From positions 128,001-192,000 of the forward strand of contig CAWFDF010000003.1 of the NCBI GenBank assembly GCA_963814585.1: a stretch of DNA of 64,000 nucleotides. The letters run 5' to 3'. The position numbers were made by a program, and so were the translations under genes. Positions 9,510 through 20,887 of this stretch are shown here, one piece after another. The notes beneath the pieces were generated by a model. That model saw only the letters and a list, made by a program, of their open reading frames with translations. It was not told where the DNA came from and ran no database searches. Positions within the stretch are counted from its first letter, which is position 1, and each line of letters opens with the position of its first letter. The stretch comes from an uncultured delta proteobacterium. GTDB lineage: Bacteria > Myxococcota > Myxococcia > Myxococcales > Anaeromyxobacteraceae.

Positions 9510-9923
9510 GTGGAGAGGTTCCTGCTGGTGTGTGTCGGCGGTGCGCTCGGCTCGGGGGCGAGGTACCTGGTCGCGTCCTGGGCCGCGAGCGCCTGGCCGT
9601 CGACGCTGCCGGTCGGCACCGCCCTGGTCAACGTCGTCGGCTCCTGGTTCATCGCCGTGGTCATGGATCTCTCGCTGCGGGCCGGCGCCCTCTCTCCCGA
9701 CCTGCGCCTCTTCCTCGTCACCGGGGTGGCGGGCGGCTTCACCACCTACTCGGCCTTCAACCACGAGACGCTCCAGCTCCTCGAAGAGCGCGCCTACCTC
9801 CTCGCCGGCGCCTACGTGTCCGGGATGGTCGTGCTCTGCCTGGGCGCCGGGCTGCTGGGCCTCGCCACGGCGAGGCTGATCGGCAGCGCCGTGGCCGCGC
9901 TCATCACCGGGTCCTGGCGGTGA
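9510..9923 (+). CDS. crcB: Fluoride channel Fluc/CrcB
   Basis: GGALGSGARY, GTALVNVVGS, TGVAGGFTTYSAF; four TM segments; GGAGG RBS before GTG 9510. Confidence 0.93.
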   Translation: MERFLLVCVGGALGSGARYLVASWAASAWPSTLPVGTALVNVVGSWFIAVVMDLSLRAGALSPDLRLFLVTGVAGGFTTYSAFNHETLQLLEERAYLLAGAYVSGMVVLCLGAGLLGLATARLIGSAVAALITGSWR

Positions 9924-10105
9924 GCTCCGCGGTGAGCCGACCTCGGCCGTGTCGCGCGCTTCGCGCTCCTGCGGTCCGGGCGACGCGGCGAGAGCGGCGC
10001 CCGCGGAGGTAGCGCCACGCGTCAACCGAGTCCGGACCGAGGATTGGCCCGGCAGCGCGCGCTACCGCGCAGCCAGCGCATGGCTTCGCCGAGCGATGGC
10101 GTCGG

Positions 10106-10146
10106 CTTTTGCAAAAGGCGTGCCCCTGTCCGATGACCGCTTGACA
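10106..10146. promoter_or_regulatory. Putative regulatory region upstream of maeB: palindrome CTTTTGCAAAAG, TTGACA (-35-like, + strand) and sigma54-like GGCACG-N4-TTGCA (- strand)
   Basis: Direct reading: palindrome 10106-10117, TTGACA 10141-10146, minus-strand GGCACGCCTTTTGCA at 10124-10110. Confidence 0.4.
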
Positions 10147-10222
10147 GCCCTTCGCGTTGGCGCTCTTCTCCCCGCCCTGCAAACACGAGCGAGCCTCCAA
10201 CCCAACGTCACGAGGACGAGCG

Positions 10223-12538
<2,316 letters not shown>

Positions 12539-12540
12539 CC

Positions 12541-12610
12541 GCGCCGGCTTCAGCCGGCGCAATCCGGAGACATGAAGACCGGGTCGCCTCACGGCGGCCC
12601 GGTCTCTTCA
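12541..12610. terminator. Hairpins between convergent maeB and the DUF302 operon (probable bidirectional terminator)
   Basis: GCGCCGGCT-TC-AGCCGGCGC (12541-12560) and GACCGGGTCGCC-TCAC-GGCGGCCCGGTC followed by TCTT. Confidence 0.6.
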
Positions 12611-12762
12611 CGTCTGGACCACGCGACCTGATGGCAGCGGCATCAGTCCAGGCGGGGCCCGGTTTGCTCACGAGGCGACTCGGTCCTGGTCGTTTCGGGT
12701 TGCGCGGCGCAGAGCGCCGCGCGATCAGGGGCCGCCCCGTCACGGGGGCGGTAGGGGACGCC

Positions 12763-12852
12763 TCAGGTGGGCACGCCCAGCCTGGGGAGCACCCAGGTCT
12801 GGAGCACGAACCAGCCGACGATGAAGAGGGCCAGCTGCAGCAGGTCGCTCAT
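12763..12852 (-). CDS. Small membrane peptide MSDLLQLALFIVGWFVLQTWVLPRLGVPT; possible UGA readthrough (Sec) to 12643
   Basis: ATGA overlap with the DUF302 stop, GC3-rich codons, one TM helix, hairpin just after the TGA. Confidence 0.65.
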   Translation of the reverse strand: MSDLLQLALFIVGWFVLQTWVLPRLGVPT

Positions 12853-13241
12853 CCCTTCAGCCCGGAGAGGGCGCGGGAGAGCTTCTCGCGGACCTCGGCG
12901 ATCAGCGGCACGAAGCGGGGATCCTGGGCGGCCAGCGTCTGCATGGGGTCGACGGCGGTGACCACGGTGGAGCCGTCGTCGGCCTCGTAGACCAGCACGT
13001 TGCAGGGCAGCATCACCCCGGCGCCCAGGTCCAGGCCGAGCGCCCGGTGGGCGAAGCTGGGGTTGCAGGCGCCGAGGATCTGGTAGCGCCGGAAGTCGAC
13101 GCCCAGCTTCTCCTTCATGGTCGCCTTCATGTCGATGCGGGTGAGGACCCCGAACCCCTCGCCCTTGAGCCGCTCCGGCACCTGCGCCAGCACGTCGTCG
13201 TACTTCGCCTTCAGCGTCCACTTCATCCCGAACTCGGTCAT
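12849..13241 (-). CDS. DUF302 domain protein
   Basis: EGFGVLTRIDMKATMKEKLG...YQILGACNP...GVMLPCNVLVYE; GGAGG RBS upstream of ATG 13241. Confidence 0.9.
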   Translation of the reverse strand: MTEFGMKWTLKAKYDDVLAQVPERLKGEGFGVLTRIDMKATMKEKLGVDFRRYQILGACNPSFAHRALGLDLGAGVMLPCNVLVYEADDGSTVVTAVDPMQTLAAQDPRFVPLIAEVREKLSRALSGLKG

Positions 13242-13333
13242 CTCGGCCTCCCCTGCCTGAGAGCCTGCGCCGGCGCGCGGGGTTCGCGCCTGCTCCCTTC
13301 CGGGGGTCCCCGCCAGGAGGAGGCGGCGAGGTC

Positions 13334-14880
13334 CTAGAGCGTCACCCGGAGCGCCACGCCCAGGTCGAGCACGGGCACCGGCACGCTGACCGTCACCGGG
13401 GGCAGCCCGGGGCCGCCCGCGTCGGCCTCGATGGTGCCGCCGAAGCGGAACTCGCCCCACTGGTGGCCGACGTGGCCGGACACGAAGGTCTCGATCCTCA
13501 GGTAGGTGTTGACCAGCACCGAGTGGTCGAGCCGGATCACCGCCGAGGCGTCGGTGAGGCTGGCCAGCGCCGTGAGCGTGAAGAGGGTGTCGTTCCAGGA
13601 GCCGGGAGCCGGCAGGTAGCCGTAGAGGCCGGCGTACTGCCTGGCCAGGTAGAAGGGCGAGAAGGCCGGCCGCTGGTCGGGCGTGCCCGGCAGGTAGGGG
13701 AAGGCGAGGAGGTACGGGTAGATGTCGGCGGTGCCGTACCCGGAGGCGTCGTAGCCGTACTCGCCGCCGACGGTGATGGTGTCCTGATCGGAGTACTTCC
13801 AGGTCCACTCGGCACCCACCACCGCAGCGGGCGTCAGCCCCTCGAACTCCTTGACCCGGTAGCGGGTGAAGACCGGATCGGCGGCGGTGGTCCCCGGCGC
13901 CTCCTCCCACCGCGGCAGGTCCCGCCCTCGCCGCAGCGCCACCTCGAACCGGAGGTCCAGCTCCCAGAGCGGGAACGAGCCGTCGATCCCGAAGCGGGGC
14001 TGGTGCCCCTGCTGCGCCATGCCGTCGAAGCCGAGCTCGACGCTGCCGAGGACCACCTCGGCGCGGCCGCCGTACCCGACCTGCCCCAGCGTCGACACCG
14101 TCTTCACCGTGCCGTCGGGCTGCAGGCCGCCGGAGAGGTCCTCCAGCAGGGCGATGCCGTAGAGGTTCCAGCCGCGCTTCTCCCACGGGACGTGGACCTT
14201 CACCATGGTGACCCCGCTCCGGGCGTCGAACTGCGAGAGCGGATCGCGGCGGATGGGGTGGAGGTAGTCGGTCGGGTTCCAGAACCGGCCGGTCCCCCAC
14301 TTCACGTGCTGCTTCCCGGCGGTGATGAAGGCGATCCGGCCGAGGTCGAAGTTGACCCACAGCTGGTCGAGGGTGGCGCGATCGACCGCGGCCGCCAGGC
14401 CCGGCGCCACCAGGCTGGCCATCCCTGCCGAGCCCCGCCGGCCGACGGGGTGTGGATGAGCCGGCCCAGCGCGAAGGCCCGGACCCGGTCGTTGGGCCGG
14501 GCGTCGAGGTAGACGTCCAGCAGCAGCGGGTCGGAGAAGGCCCAGTCGGCCGGGGCCTGGCCGCGGCCCCAGGTGGTGATGGCCCGCAGGTAGGCGAGGC
14601 CGCCCAGCCGGAGCCAGTCCTCGCGCTCGCCGCTGATGAGCCCGGCGGCGCGCGGGCCGATCGACTCGCCCAGCAGCTCGTCACCCCGGGCGTCACCGCT
14701 GGCCGGGGCGGCGGGCTGGACGGCGGGCGGCTCCGCGGCCGGGGCCGCCGGAGCCGGGGCCGGGGCCGGGGCCGGAGCGCCGAACAGGTCGGCCTCGCTG
14801 GGCCGCTCCTGCGCCCGCGCCGGGAGGGCCAGCCCCCCGGCCAGCAGCAGGAGCGCAGCGGTCCAGGAGCGCGCGCTCAC
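13334..14880 (-). CDS. Putative outer-membrane beta-barrel protein (apparent frameshift near 14430)
   Basis: Signal peptide MSARSWTAALLLLAGGLALPARA in ORF 14302..15201 continues into ORF 13334..14422; GKQHVKWGTGRFWNPTD motif; amphipathic strands ending DLGVALRVTL. Confidence 0.72.
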
Positions 14881-15656
14881 CGGCTCCTCGCCTCCAGCCA
14901 GGCCTTGGTGAAGAGGTTGGCCTCGAGCGGGCGCAGGTCGATCTCCTTGATGAGCACCAGCGTGGAGTTGCCCTTCTCGATCTCGTCGAAGAAGCGCATC
15001 TCCTCCGGGTACCAGACCTCGCCCCCCTTCGACGGCGAGGTGACCTTCTTCCAGCGCGGGTAGTAGGCGGTCCGCATCAGCCGGCCGGAGAGGGCCAGCT
15101 CCTGCCGCTTCAGGACGTTCTGGGTGGCCTGGTCGACCCAGAGCTCCACCTGCGGGAAGGCGACGTCCACGCCGGCCTTCACCTTGAGCGAGACGTGCCA
15201 CGCCTGGTACTTGCCGAGCGGCTCGGCGCCCAGGTAGGTGGCGTCGTACTCCTCGGCCAGCCTCGACTCGTCGAGGTCGCCGCGCCGCGTGTCGGTGCCG
15301 CCGATCCGCTCCCGCTCGGTGCGCCGCTCCCAGCGACCGGTCGATGGATCGTACATCCAGAGGTTCTTCTCGATCCGCAGGTAGCCCTTGCCGGCCTCGG
15401 CCTTGGGCTTGGTGAAGAGGAACATCTGCTTGTCGTCGGCGTCGCGCCGGAAGACCAGCAGCTCGGAGACCACGTCGGTCTTCCCCTTCTCCTTGGCCTC
15501 CATGTAGCAGAGCGCCTTCCAGTCGCCCTGGTTGCGCTGCCGGTCGTCGATGAGCTTGACCAGATCGGCCAGGCCGGCGGGCGTGGCGGGATCGAGCGCG
15601 GCGCGGGCCGGAACGGCCCCGGCGGCGAGCAGCAGGATGGCGAGCAGTCGGAGCAT
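14877..15656 (-). CDS. Outer membrane lipoprotein-sorting protein (LolA-like)
   Basis: Signal peptide; FTKPKAEAGKGYL, NLWMYDP, GGTD..RGDL, FTKAWLE; operonic with Lol-like ABC genes. Confidence 0.8.
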   Translation of the reverse strand: MLRLLAILLLAAGAVPARAALDPATPAGLADLVKLIDDRQRNQGDWKALCYMEAKEKGKTDVVSELLVFRRDADDKQMFLFTKPKAEAGKGYLRIEKNLWMYDPSTGRWERRTERERIGGTDTRRGDLDESRLAEEYDATYLGAEPLGKYQAWHVSLKVKAGVDVAFPQVELWVDQATQNVLKRQELALSGRLMRTAYYPRWKKVTSPSKGGEVWYPEEMRFFDEIEKGNSTLVLIKEIDLRPLEANLFTKAWLEARSR

Positions 15657-15661
15657 GGCGT

Positions 15662-16969
15662 TCACCCGATGTGGTGCATGGCGGTGACGGGCTTGAGGCG
15701 GGCGGCGCGCAGGGCCGGGGCCAGCGAGGCCGCCACGGTGACCAGCGTGAGCAGGAGCACGTCCTGGGTGGCGGCCCAGCCGCGCAGCTGGAAGGTGAGG
15801 TGCTCCTGGGAGAGGAAGAGCTGCACGGCCTCCGGCACCTGGATGGCGGCGGCGTTCAGGCCCGCGGCCAGCGCGGAGGCCGCCAGCGCCCCGGAGGCGC
15901 ACCCCGCCAGGCCGAGCAGCGTGGACTCCAGCATGAAGAGCCAGAGCACCTTGCGGCGCTGCATCCCGATGGCGCGCAGCGTGCCGATCTCCCGGGTCCG
16001 CTCGCGGATGGCGATGGCCAGCGTGTTGAGGATGCCGATGACGATCACCACCATGAGGATGAAGACCAGGAGGCCGGTGAAGACCTTGATGCCCCAGATG
16101 AACTGCTTGAACTGCCCCAGCTCGTCCTCCCAGGTGGTGACGTCGAGCTTCTGGCCGGTCCAGTCCTCGCTGGGCACCGACTGGAAGAGCTTCATGTAGT
16201 AGGGCTGCGGATCCGGCTCCATGACCCGCCAGCCCTGCTTCTGGAACTCGTCCCGCAGCCGGGCCGCCACCAGGCCGGACTGCTCCCGGTCCTGGAGGAA
16301 CAGGTGGATGGCGCCGGTGGCGTCCGGCGAGAGGCCGTAGAGGCCGCGGAGGGTGTCGGCCTGCATGAAGGCGGAGAAGGCCGACATGATGCCGACGTTC
16401 TTCACCACCACCACCACCCGGAGGTCGACGGTGTTGTTGACGCCGCGCTCGGTGGGGGCCGAGAGCGTGACGACGTCCCCCACGCCCACCTTGAGCCGCT
16501 CCGCCTGCCCCTGGAAGAGGAGCAGGGTGTTGGGCCTGGCGAGCTCGTCGAGGCTGCCGCCCAGGGGCTGCAGCACCCGCCGCACCGCCGGCTCGTTCGC
16601 GATGTCGACACCGCCCAGGACCAGGTCCATGGAGGCGCTGTCCGAGACCGCCTTGGCCCAGCCCCGGCCCCGGACCGTGAAGTAGTCGAGCTCCGGGACG
16701 CTGGCCCTGGTGACCTCCAGCACCCGGTGGTAGCCGGAGACCAGCGGCGCGGCCGACCCGCTGGTGACCTTGAAGAAGCCGCCGACGTTGACGTCGCCGG
16801 TCATCAGGGTGGTGGCCGACTCCATCATGGCCGCCTCGATGCCGGCGGTGAGGGCGCCGAGCAGGACCAGCAGGCCGGTGACCATGGCCAGGGCGGCGCC
16901 GAGGAAGAGGTTGCGGCGGGTGTGACGGGTCAGGTTCCGGGCCGCCACCTGCAGGTCGACGAGGAGCAT
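15662..16969 (-). CDS. ABC transporter permease, FtsX/LolC-E family
   Basis: ARNLTRHTRR, periplasmic domain, GILNTL..AIRERTREIGTLRAIG, ARLKPVTAM. Confidence 0.92.
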   Translation of the reverse strand: MLLVDLQVAARNLTRHTRRNLFLGAALAMVTGLLVLLGALTAGIEAAMMESATTLMTGDVNVGGFFKVTSGSAAPLVSGYHRVLEVTRASVPELDYFTVRGRGWAKAVSDSASMDLVLGGVDIANEPAVRRVLQPLGGSLDELARPNTLLLFQGQAERLKVGVGDVVTLSAPTERGVNNTVDLRVVVVVKNVGIMSAFSAFMQADTLRGLYGLSPDATGAIHLFLQDREQSGLVAARLRDEFQKQGWRVMEPDPQPYYMKLFQSVPSEDWTGQKLDVTTWEDELGQFKQFIWGIKVFTGLLVFILMVVIVIGILNTLAIAIRERTREIGTLRAIGMQRRKVLWLFMLESTLLGLAGCASGALAASALAAGLNAAAIQVPEAVQLFLSQEHLTFQLRGWAATQDVLLLTLVTVAASLAPALRAARLKPVTAMHHIG

Positions 16970-16971
16970 GG

Positions 16972-19116
16972 TCAGTCCTCCGTGGACATCGCCTCGACGG
17001 GCGTGACCCGCATGGCGATCCAGGCCGGGTAGAGGGCCGAGGCGATGGCGACGCCCAGCACCAGGATGAGCGAGGCCGCGACGCTGGCCCCGCCCAGGCG
17101 CGGCAGCAGGGCCGGCCCGGAGAAGAGGAAGAAGAGCAGGTCGGTGGTGGCGGGGATGCCGCCGGTGGCGCGGACGATGGCCACCACGCCGCCCCCCAGG
17201 GCCGCTCCGGCCAGGCCGAAGAGCACGCTGACGGCGATGATCTCGACGAGCAGCATGGCGACCACGAAGCGCCGCTGCGCGCCGATGGCCCGCATGGTGC
17301 CCACCTCCTTCACCCGCTGCAGCGCCGCCATCACCATGGCATTGTTGATGATCACCAGCGCCACCCCGAAGAAGATGATGAGCGCGAAGATCAGGATGCC
17401 GCGCAGCAGCAGCACGAACTGCCCGACCATCCCCGAGGCCGCCTCCCAGTCGATGACCTTGAGCTTCAGCCCGGCCGCGTCGGCCGCCGCCTGCACGGCC
17501 ACCTGCGCCTCGCGGATCCGGGCCGGGTCCTCGAGCAGGATGGCGGCGTTGAGCGCCACGCCGTCGTCGATCTCCGCCTGGGTGTAGGCCCGCGTCTCCT
17601 CGGCCAGCGCCGCCTTCCGCTTCTCGCCCACGCCGGCCAGCAGCGACCTCTCGTCGATGGCTGCGGTGCGCGCCGACTCGACCAGCGGCGACGTCGCCCC
17701 GCCGCCGAAGAGCGCCGCCTCGGCGTCCTCGCGCGAGACCGTGGTGACCCCCATCTGCGCCCGGATCCCGGCCAGCTCCTCGGCCTTGTCCCTGGAGACG
17801 TAGCCGTAGAGGTCGCGGAACGACTGCAGGTCCATCACGCTGGTGGTGCCGGCGATGCCCGACTTCTCGATCCCCTTGAACTGGATGAAGCCGTAGACCT
17901 TGACGTTGACGGCGTTGAAGGCCCCGGTCTTGCCGGGCGCCTTGATGGTGATCGTGTCACCCACGCTGATCTGGTAGAGGCGCAGGAGCGGCGCCAGCTG
18001 GTCGTAGAAGATCCGGTAGTGGGCGTCGAAGTTCTCGTCGGAGAGGTCGAAGAGCCGCGCCAGCAGCTCCGGCAGCGCCTCGCCTTCGGGCGCCTTCAGC
18101 GCCGGCCGCAGCCGCCGCTCGGCCTCGGCCGCCTGCAGCGGGTCGAGCTGGACGAGGATCTCCCGCGCCCGGCTCCGGGTGTCCTTGACCCAGCGCTGCA
18201 GCTCCTCCTCCTTGGCGATGCGGGCGTGGAAGCGGTCACGCTTGTCCTTGATCTGGTCGAGCCGGCGCGCGTTCTTCAGCTTGAGCCACTCCTCGGCGTA
18301 CTGCTTGCCCAGCAGGATGCCGCGCTGGCCGGGCGGGATGGGGTTGCCCTCCGCCACCTCGGCCAGGTCGAAGGCCTTCATGAAGGCCTCCACGTCGGTG
18401 CCGACGTAGCGGATGAAGGTGAAGCCGGAGTCGAGCGCCAGCGGCGCGATCCGGTTCTCGAGGAACTCCAGGCCGGCCAGCCGGTCGCGCTCGAACTCCT
18501 TCCAGAAGGCGGGCGCGGCGGCCCGATCGAGGTCGGCCCGCTGCGCGGCGCGGGTCCCGGCGTCCCGGCCATTGGGGTCCACCAGGACCCGGGCCTGGGC
18601 CCGGTCCTCGCTGAGCAGGGCGATGAGGCGGCGCACGTGGGCCTGCCGCGCCTCGAGGCCCCGCCTGGCCTCCTCGTCCTTCGGGTCGACCTGGAGCTTC
18701 CGCACGTCGCCGCGGAGCTTCTCCAGCGCCACGTCGAAGGCGTTGCCGGTGGCCACCAGCGCCTGGTCAATCCCCATGGGCACGATGGTCTTCACGTTGG
18801 GGACCTTGGACAGCACCTCCTTCACCCGGGCGAAGTCGGGGATGGGATCGAGCAGCGACTCGCCGCGCAGCCCGCCGTAGAGCTCCAGCTGCCCCTCGGA
18901 GGTGGACTGGTAGACCTGGAGCTGCCCGCCCAGGCTCCCCTGGATCGAGGTGCGCATGCCGCGGTCGATGCTGTCCATGAGCGAGGCGCCCACCACCACG
19001 ATGAGGGCGCCGACCAGGACGATGAGGCCGATGATCACCGTGCGCACCCGGGCGGCCACCAGGTTGCGGAAGGCGATGCGGAGGAGGACGCGGGTGGCGT
19101 CGAGGCGGGCCGTCAT
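16972..19116 (-). CDS. ABC transporter permease, FtsX/LolC-E family with enlarged periplasmic domain
   Basis: IAFRNL, IINNAMVMAALQRVKEVGTMRAIG, YPAWIAMRVTPVEAM; more than 500 aa between TM1 and TM2. Confidence 0.9.
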   Translation of the reverse strand: MTARLDATRVLLRIAFRNLVAARVRTVIIGLIVLVGALIVVVGASLMDSIDRGMRTSIQGSLGGQLQVYQSTSEGQLELYGGLRGESLLDPIPDFARVKEVLSKVPNVKTIVPMGIDQALVATGNAFDVALEKLRGDVRKLQVDPKDEEARRGLEARQAHVRRLIALLSEDRAQARVLVDPNGRDAGTRAAQRADLDRAAAPAFWKEFERDRLAGLEFLENRIAPLALDSGFTFIRYVGTDVEAFMKAFDLAEVAEGNPIPPGQRGILLGKQYAEEWLKLKNARRLDQIKDKRDRFHARIAKEEELQRWVKDTRSRAREILVQLDPLQAAEAERRLRPALKAPEGEALPELLARLFDLSDENFDAHYRIFYDQLAPLLRLYQISVGDTITIKAPGKTGAFNAVNVKVYGFIQFKGIEKSGIAGTTSVMDLQSFRDLYGYVSRDKAEELAGIRAQMGVTTVSREDAEAALFGGGATSPLVESARTAAIDERSLLAGVGEKRKAALAEETRAYTQAEIDDGVALNAAILLEDPARIREAQVAVQAAADAAGLKLKVIDWEAASGMVGQFVLLLRGILIFALIIFFGVALVIINNAMVMAALQRVKEVGTMRAIGAQRRFVVAMLLVEIIAVSVLFGLAGAALGGGVVAIVRATGGIPATTDLLFFLFSGPALLPRLGGASVAASLILVLGVAIASALYPAWIAMRVTPVEAMSTED

Positions 19117-19126
19117 GGGGGCCCCC

Positions 19127-19825
19127 TCACGCCGCCGCGCCGGCCGGCTCGCGCCCGGTCACCACGCCGTCGGCGATGCGGATGATGGCGTTGGCGTGGG
19201 CCATCACCTTGGGGTCGTGGGTGGAGAAGACGAAGGTGGTGCCGTCCTTCCGGTTCATGTCGCGCATCAGGTCGATGATGTTCTGGCCGGTCAGCGAGTC
19301 GAGGTTGGCGGTCGGCTCGTCGGCCAGCACCAGCGCCGGGCGGGTCACCAGGGCCCGCGCCACCGCCACCCGCTGCCGCTGGCCGCCGGAGAGCTCGTTG
19401 GGCCGGTGGCGGGCGTACTCGGGGATGCCGACCGCCTCGAGCAGCCCCAGCACGCGCCCGGCGCGCTCCGCCCGGGTGAGCCCGCCCTGCAGCAGCAGCG
19501 GGAACTCGATGTTCTGGAAGACCGACAGCACCTGGACCAGGTTGAAGCTCTGGAAGATGAAGCCGATCTGGTGGAGCCGCAGGTCGGTGAGCGCCCGCTC
19601 GGTCAGCCTGGAGGTGTCCTGCCCGGCCACCTCCACCACCCCGGTGGTCGGGGTGTCGACGCAGCCGATCAGGTTGAGCAGCGTGGTCTTGCCCGAGCCC
19701 GACGGGCCGGCCATCGAGAGGAACTCGCCCTTGTCGACGGAGAGCGTCACGCCGCGCAGGGCGTGGACGTGGGTCTTGCCCAGCAGGTAGTCCTTGGTGA
19801 CGTCGCGAACCTGGATGATCGACAT
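19127..19825 (-). CDS. ABC transporter ATP-binding protein (LolD/MacB-like)
   Basis: GPSGSGKT, LSGGQRQR, LADEPTANLD, STHD. Confidence 0.95.
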   Translation of the reverse strand: MSIIQVRDVTKDYLLGKTHVHALRGVTLSVDKGEFLSMAGPSGSGKTTLLNLIGCVDTPTTGVVEVAGQDTSRLTERALTDLRLHQIGFIFQSFNLVQVLSVFQNIEFPLLLQGGLTRAERAGRVLGLLEAVGIPEYARHRPNELSGGQRQRVAVARALVTRPALVLADEPTANLDSLTGQNIIDLMRDMNRKDGTTFVFSTHDPKVMAHANAIIRIADGVVTGREPAGAAA

Positions 19826-19913
19826 GCCGTGGCTCCGGTCTGTCCGTCCGCCGCCGGGACTCGCCCGGGCCGGACATGAAGGCGTCACTAAACCACGCGG
19901 CGAGCGCCCCGTG

Positions 19914-20096
19914 TCACCCCTCCCGGGGCACCACGCCGATCGCGAACCCGCCTGGCTCCTCCTCCACGGCCACCACCCGCCAGGTCTCGCCGCACTCCGG
20001 GCACGACTCCTCGAGCTCCTGCCGCTCGCCGCCCCGGGGGTCGACGAAGCAGGTCAGCCAGGCGCCGCAGCGCGGACACTCCACGTCGTAGTCCAC
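19914..20096 (-). CDS. Small CPXCG-type zinc-ribbon protein
   Basis: MDYDVECPRCG...ESCPECG; GTG start at 20096. Confidence 0.65.
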   Translation of the reverse strand: MDYDVECPRCGAWLTCFVDPRGGERQELEESCPECGETWRVVAVEEEPGGFAIGVVPREG

Positions 20097-20140
20097 CTCG
20101 TGTCTCGCCCCCGGTTGTCGTCCGCGGTTATAGTCCGGAC

Positions 20141-20805
20141 GTGAGGAAGAAGCCGTTCCACGCCCCATTCGAGAGGCTGGCGGGGCTGAAGAGGGGAGGG
20201 CCCGGTCCGCCCCCCCGAGGAGCGTCCCGGCGACGCCCCCGGCCCCGCCACCACCCCGGGAGCTCACCGAGGAGGAGCTCTGGGCCCGGGCCACGGCCGG
20301 GACCACGCCGGTCGAGGCCGGCGCCGGCCTGGTCCCGCCTCCGCGGCCAGGCCCCCCGCCCCCGCGCGCCTGGCACGCCGATCTCGAGGCCATCGACGAG
20401 CTGCAGGCGATGTCGGCCGGCCAGCCCCGCTTCGAGCTCGCCACCAGCGACTCGCTGCTCGAGGGGTCGGTGGCCGGCCTCGATCCGGACGTGGTTCGCC
20501 GGCTGAAGCGCGGCGACTATGCCGTCGAGGCGCGGCTCGACCTGCACGGGTTCACTCGCGACGAGGCGCGCGGGGCGGTGGAGCGGTTCCTGCGCGGGTC
20601 CCGCCTGGGCGGCAGGCGCTGCGTCCTGCTGGTCCACGGCCGGGGCCGCCACTCCGAGACCCGGCTCCCCGTCCTCAAGGAGGAGCTGGGCAGCTGGCTC
20701 GCCGCGGGCCGCTTCGGGCGCCAGGTCCTCGCCTTCGCCTCGGCGCGTCCGGCCGACGGCGGCGCCGGGGCGCTCTACGTCCTGTTGCGCCGCGCCGGCC
20801 GTTGA
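20141..20805 (+). CDS. Smr/MutS2-domain protein (apparent frameshift near the C7 run 20210-20216)
   Basis: KKPFHAPF start, then ELTEEELWARATAG in the other frame, LDLHG, VHGRG, GGAGALYVLLR. Confidence 0.85.
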
Positions 20806-20887
20806 CGCGGTGCCGGACCGCCCCCCCCTGTCACGTTTCCCGGTGACGCCGGTCCAATCAGGCAAGCCCCAGCCGGATCCGTCAGCC

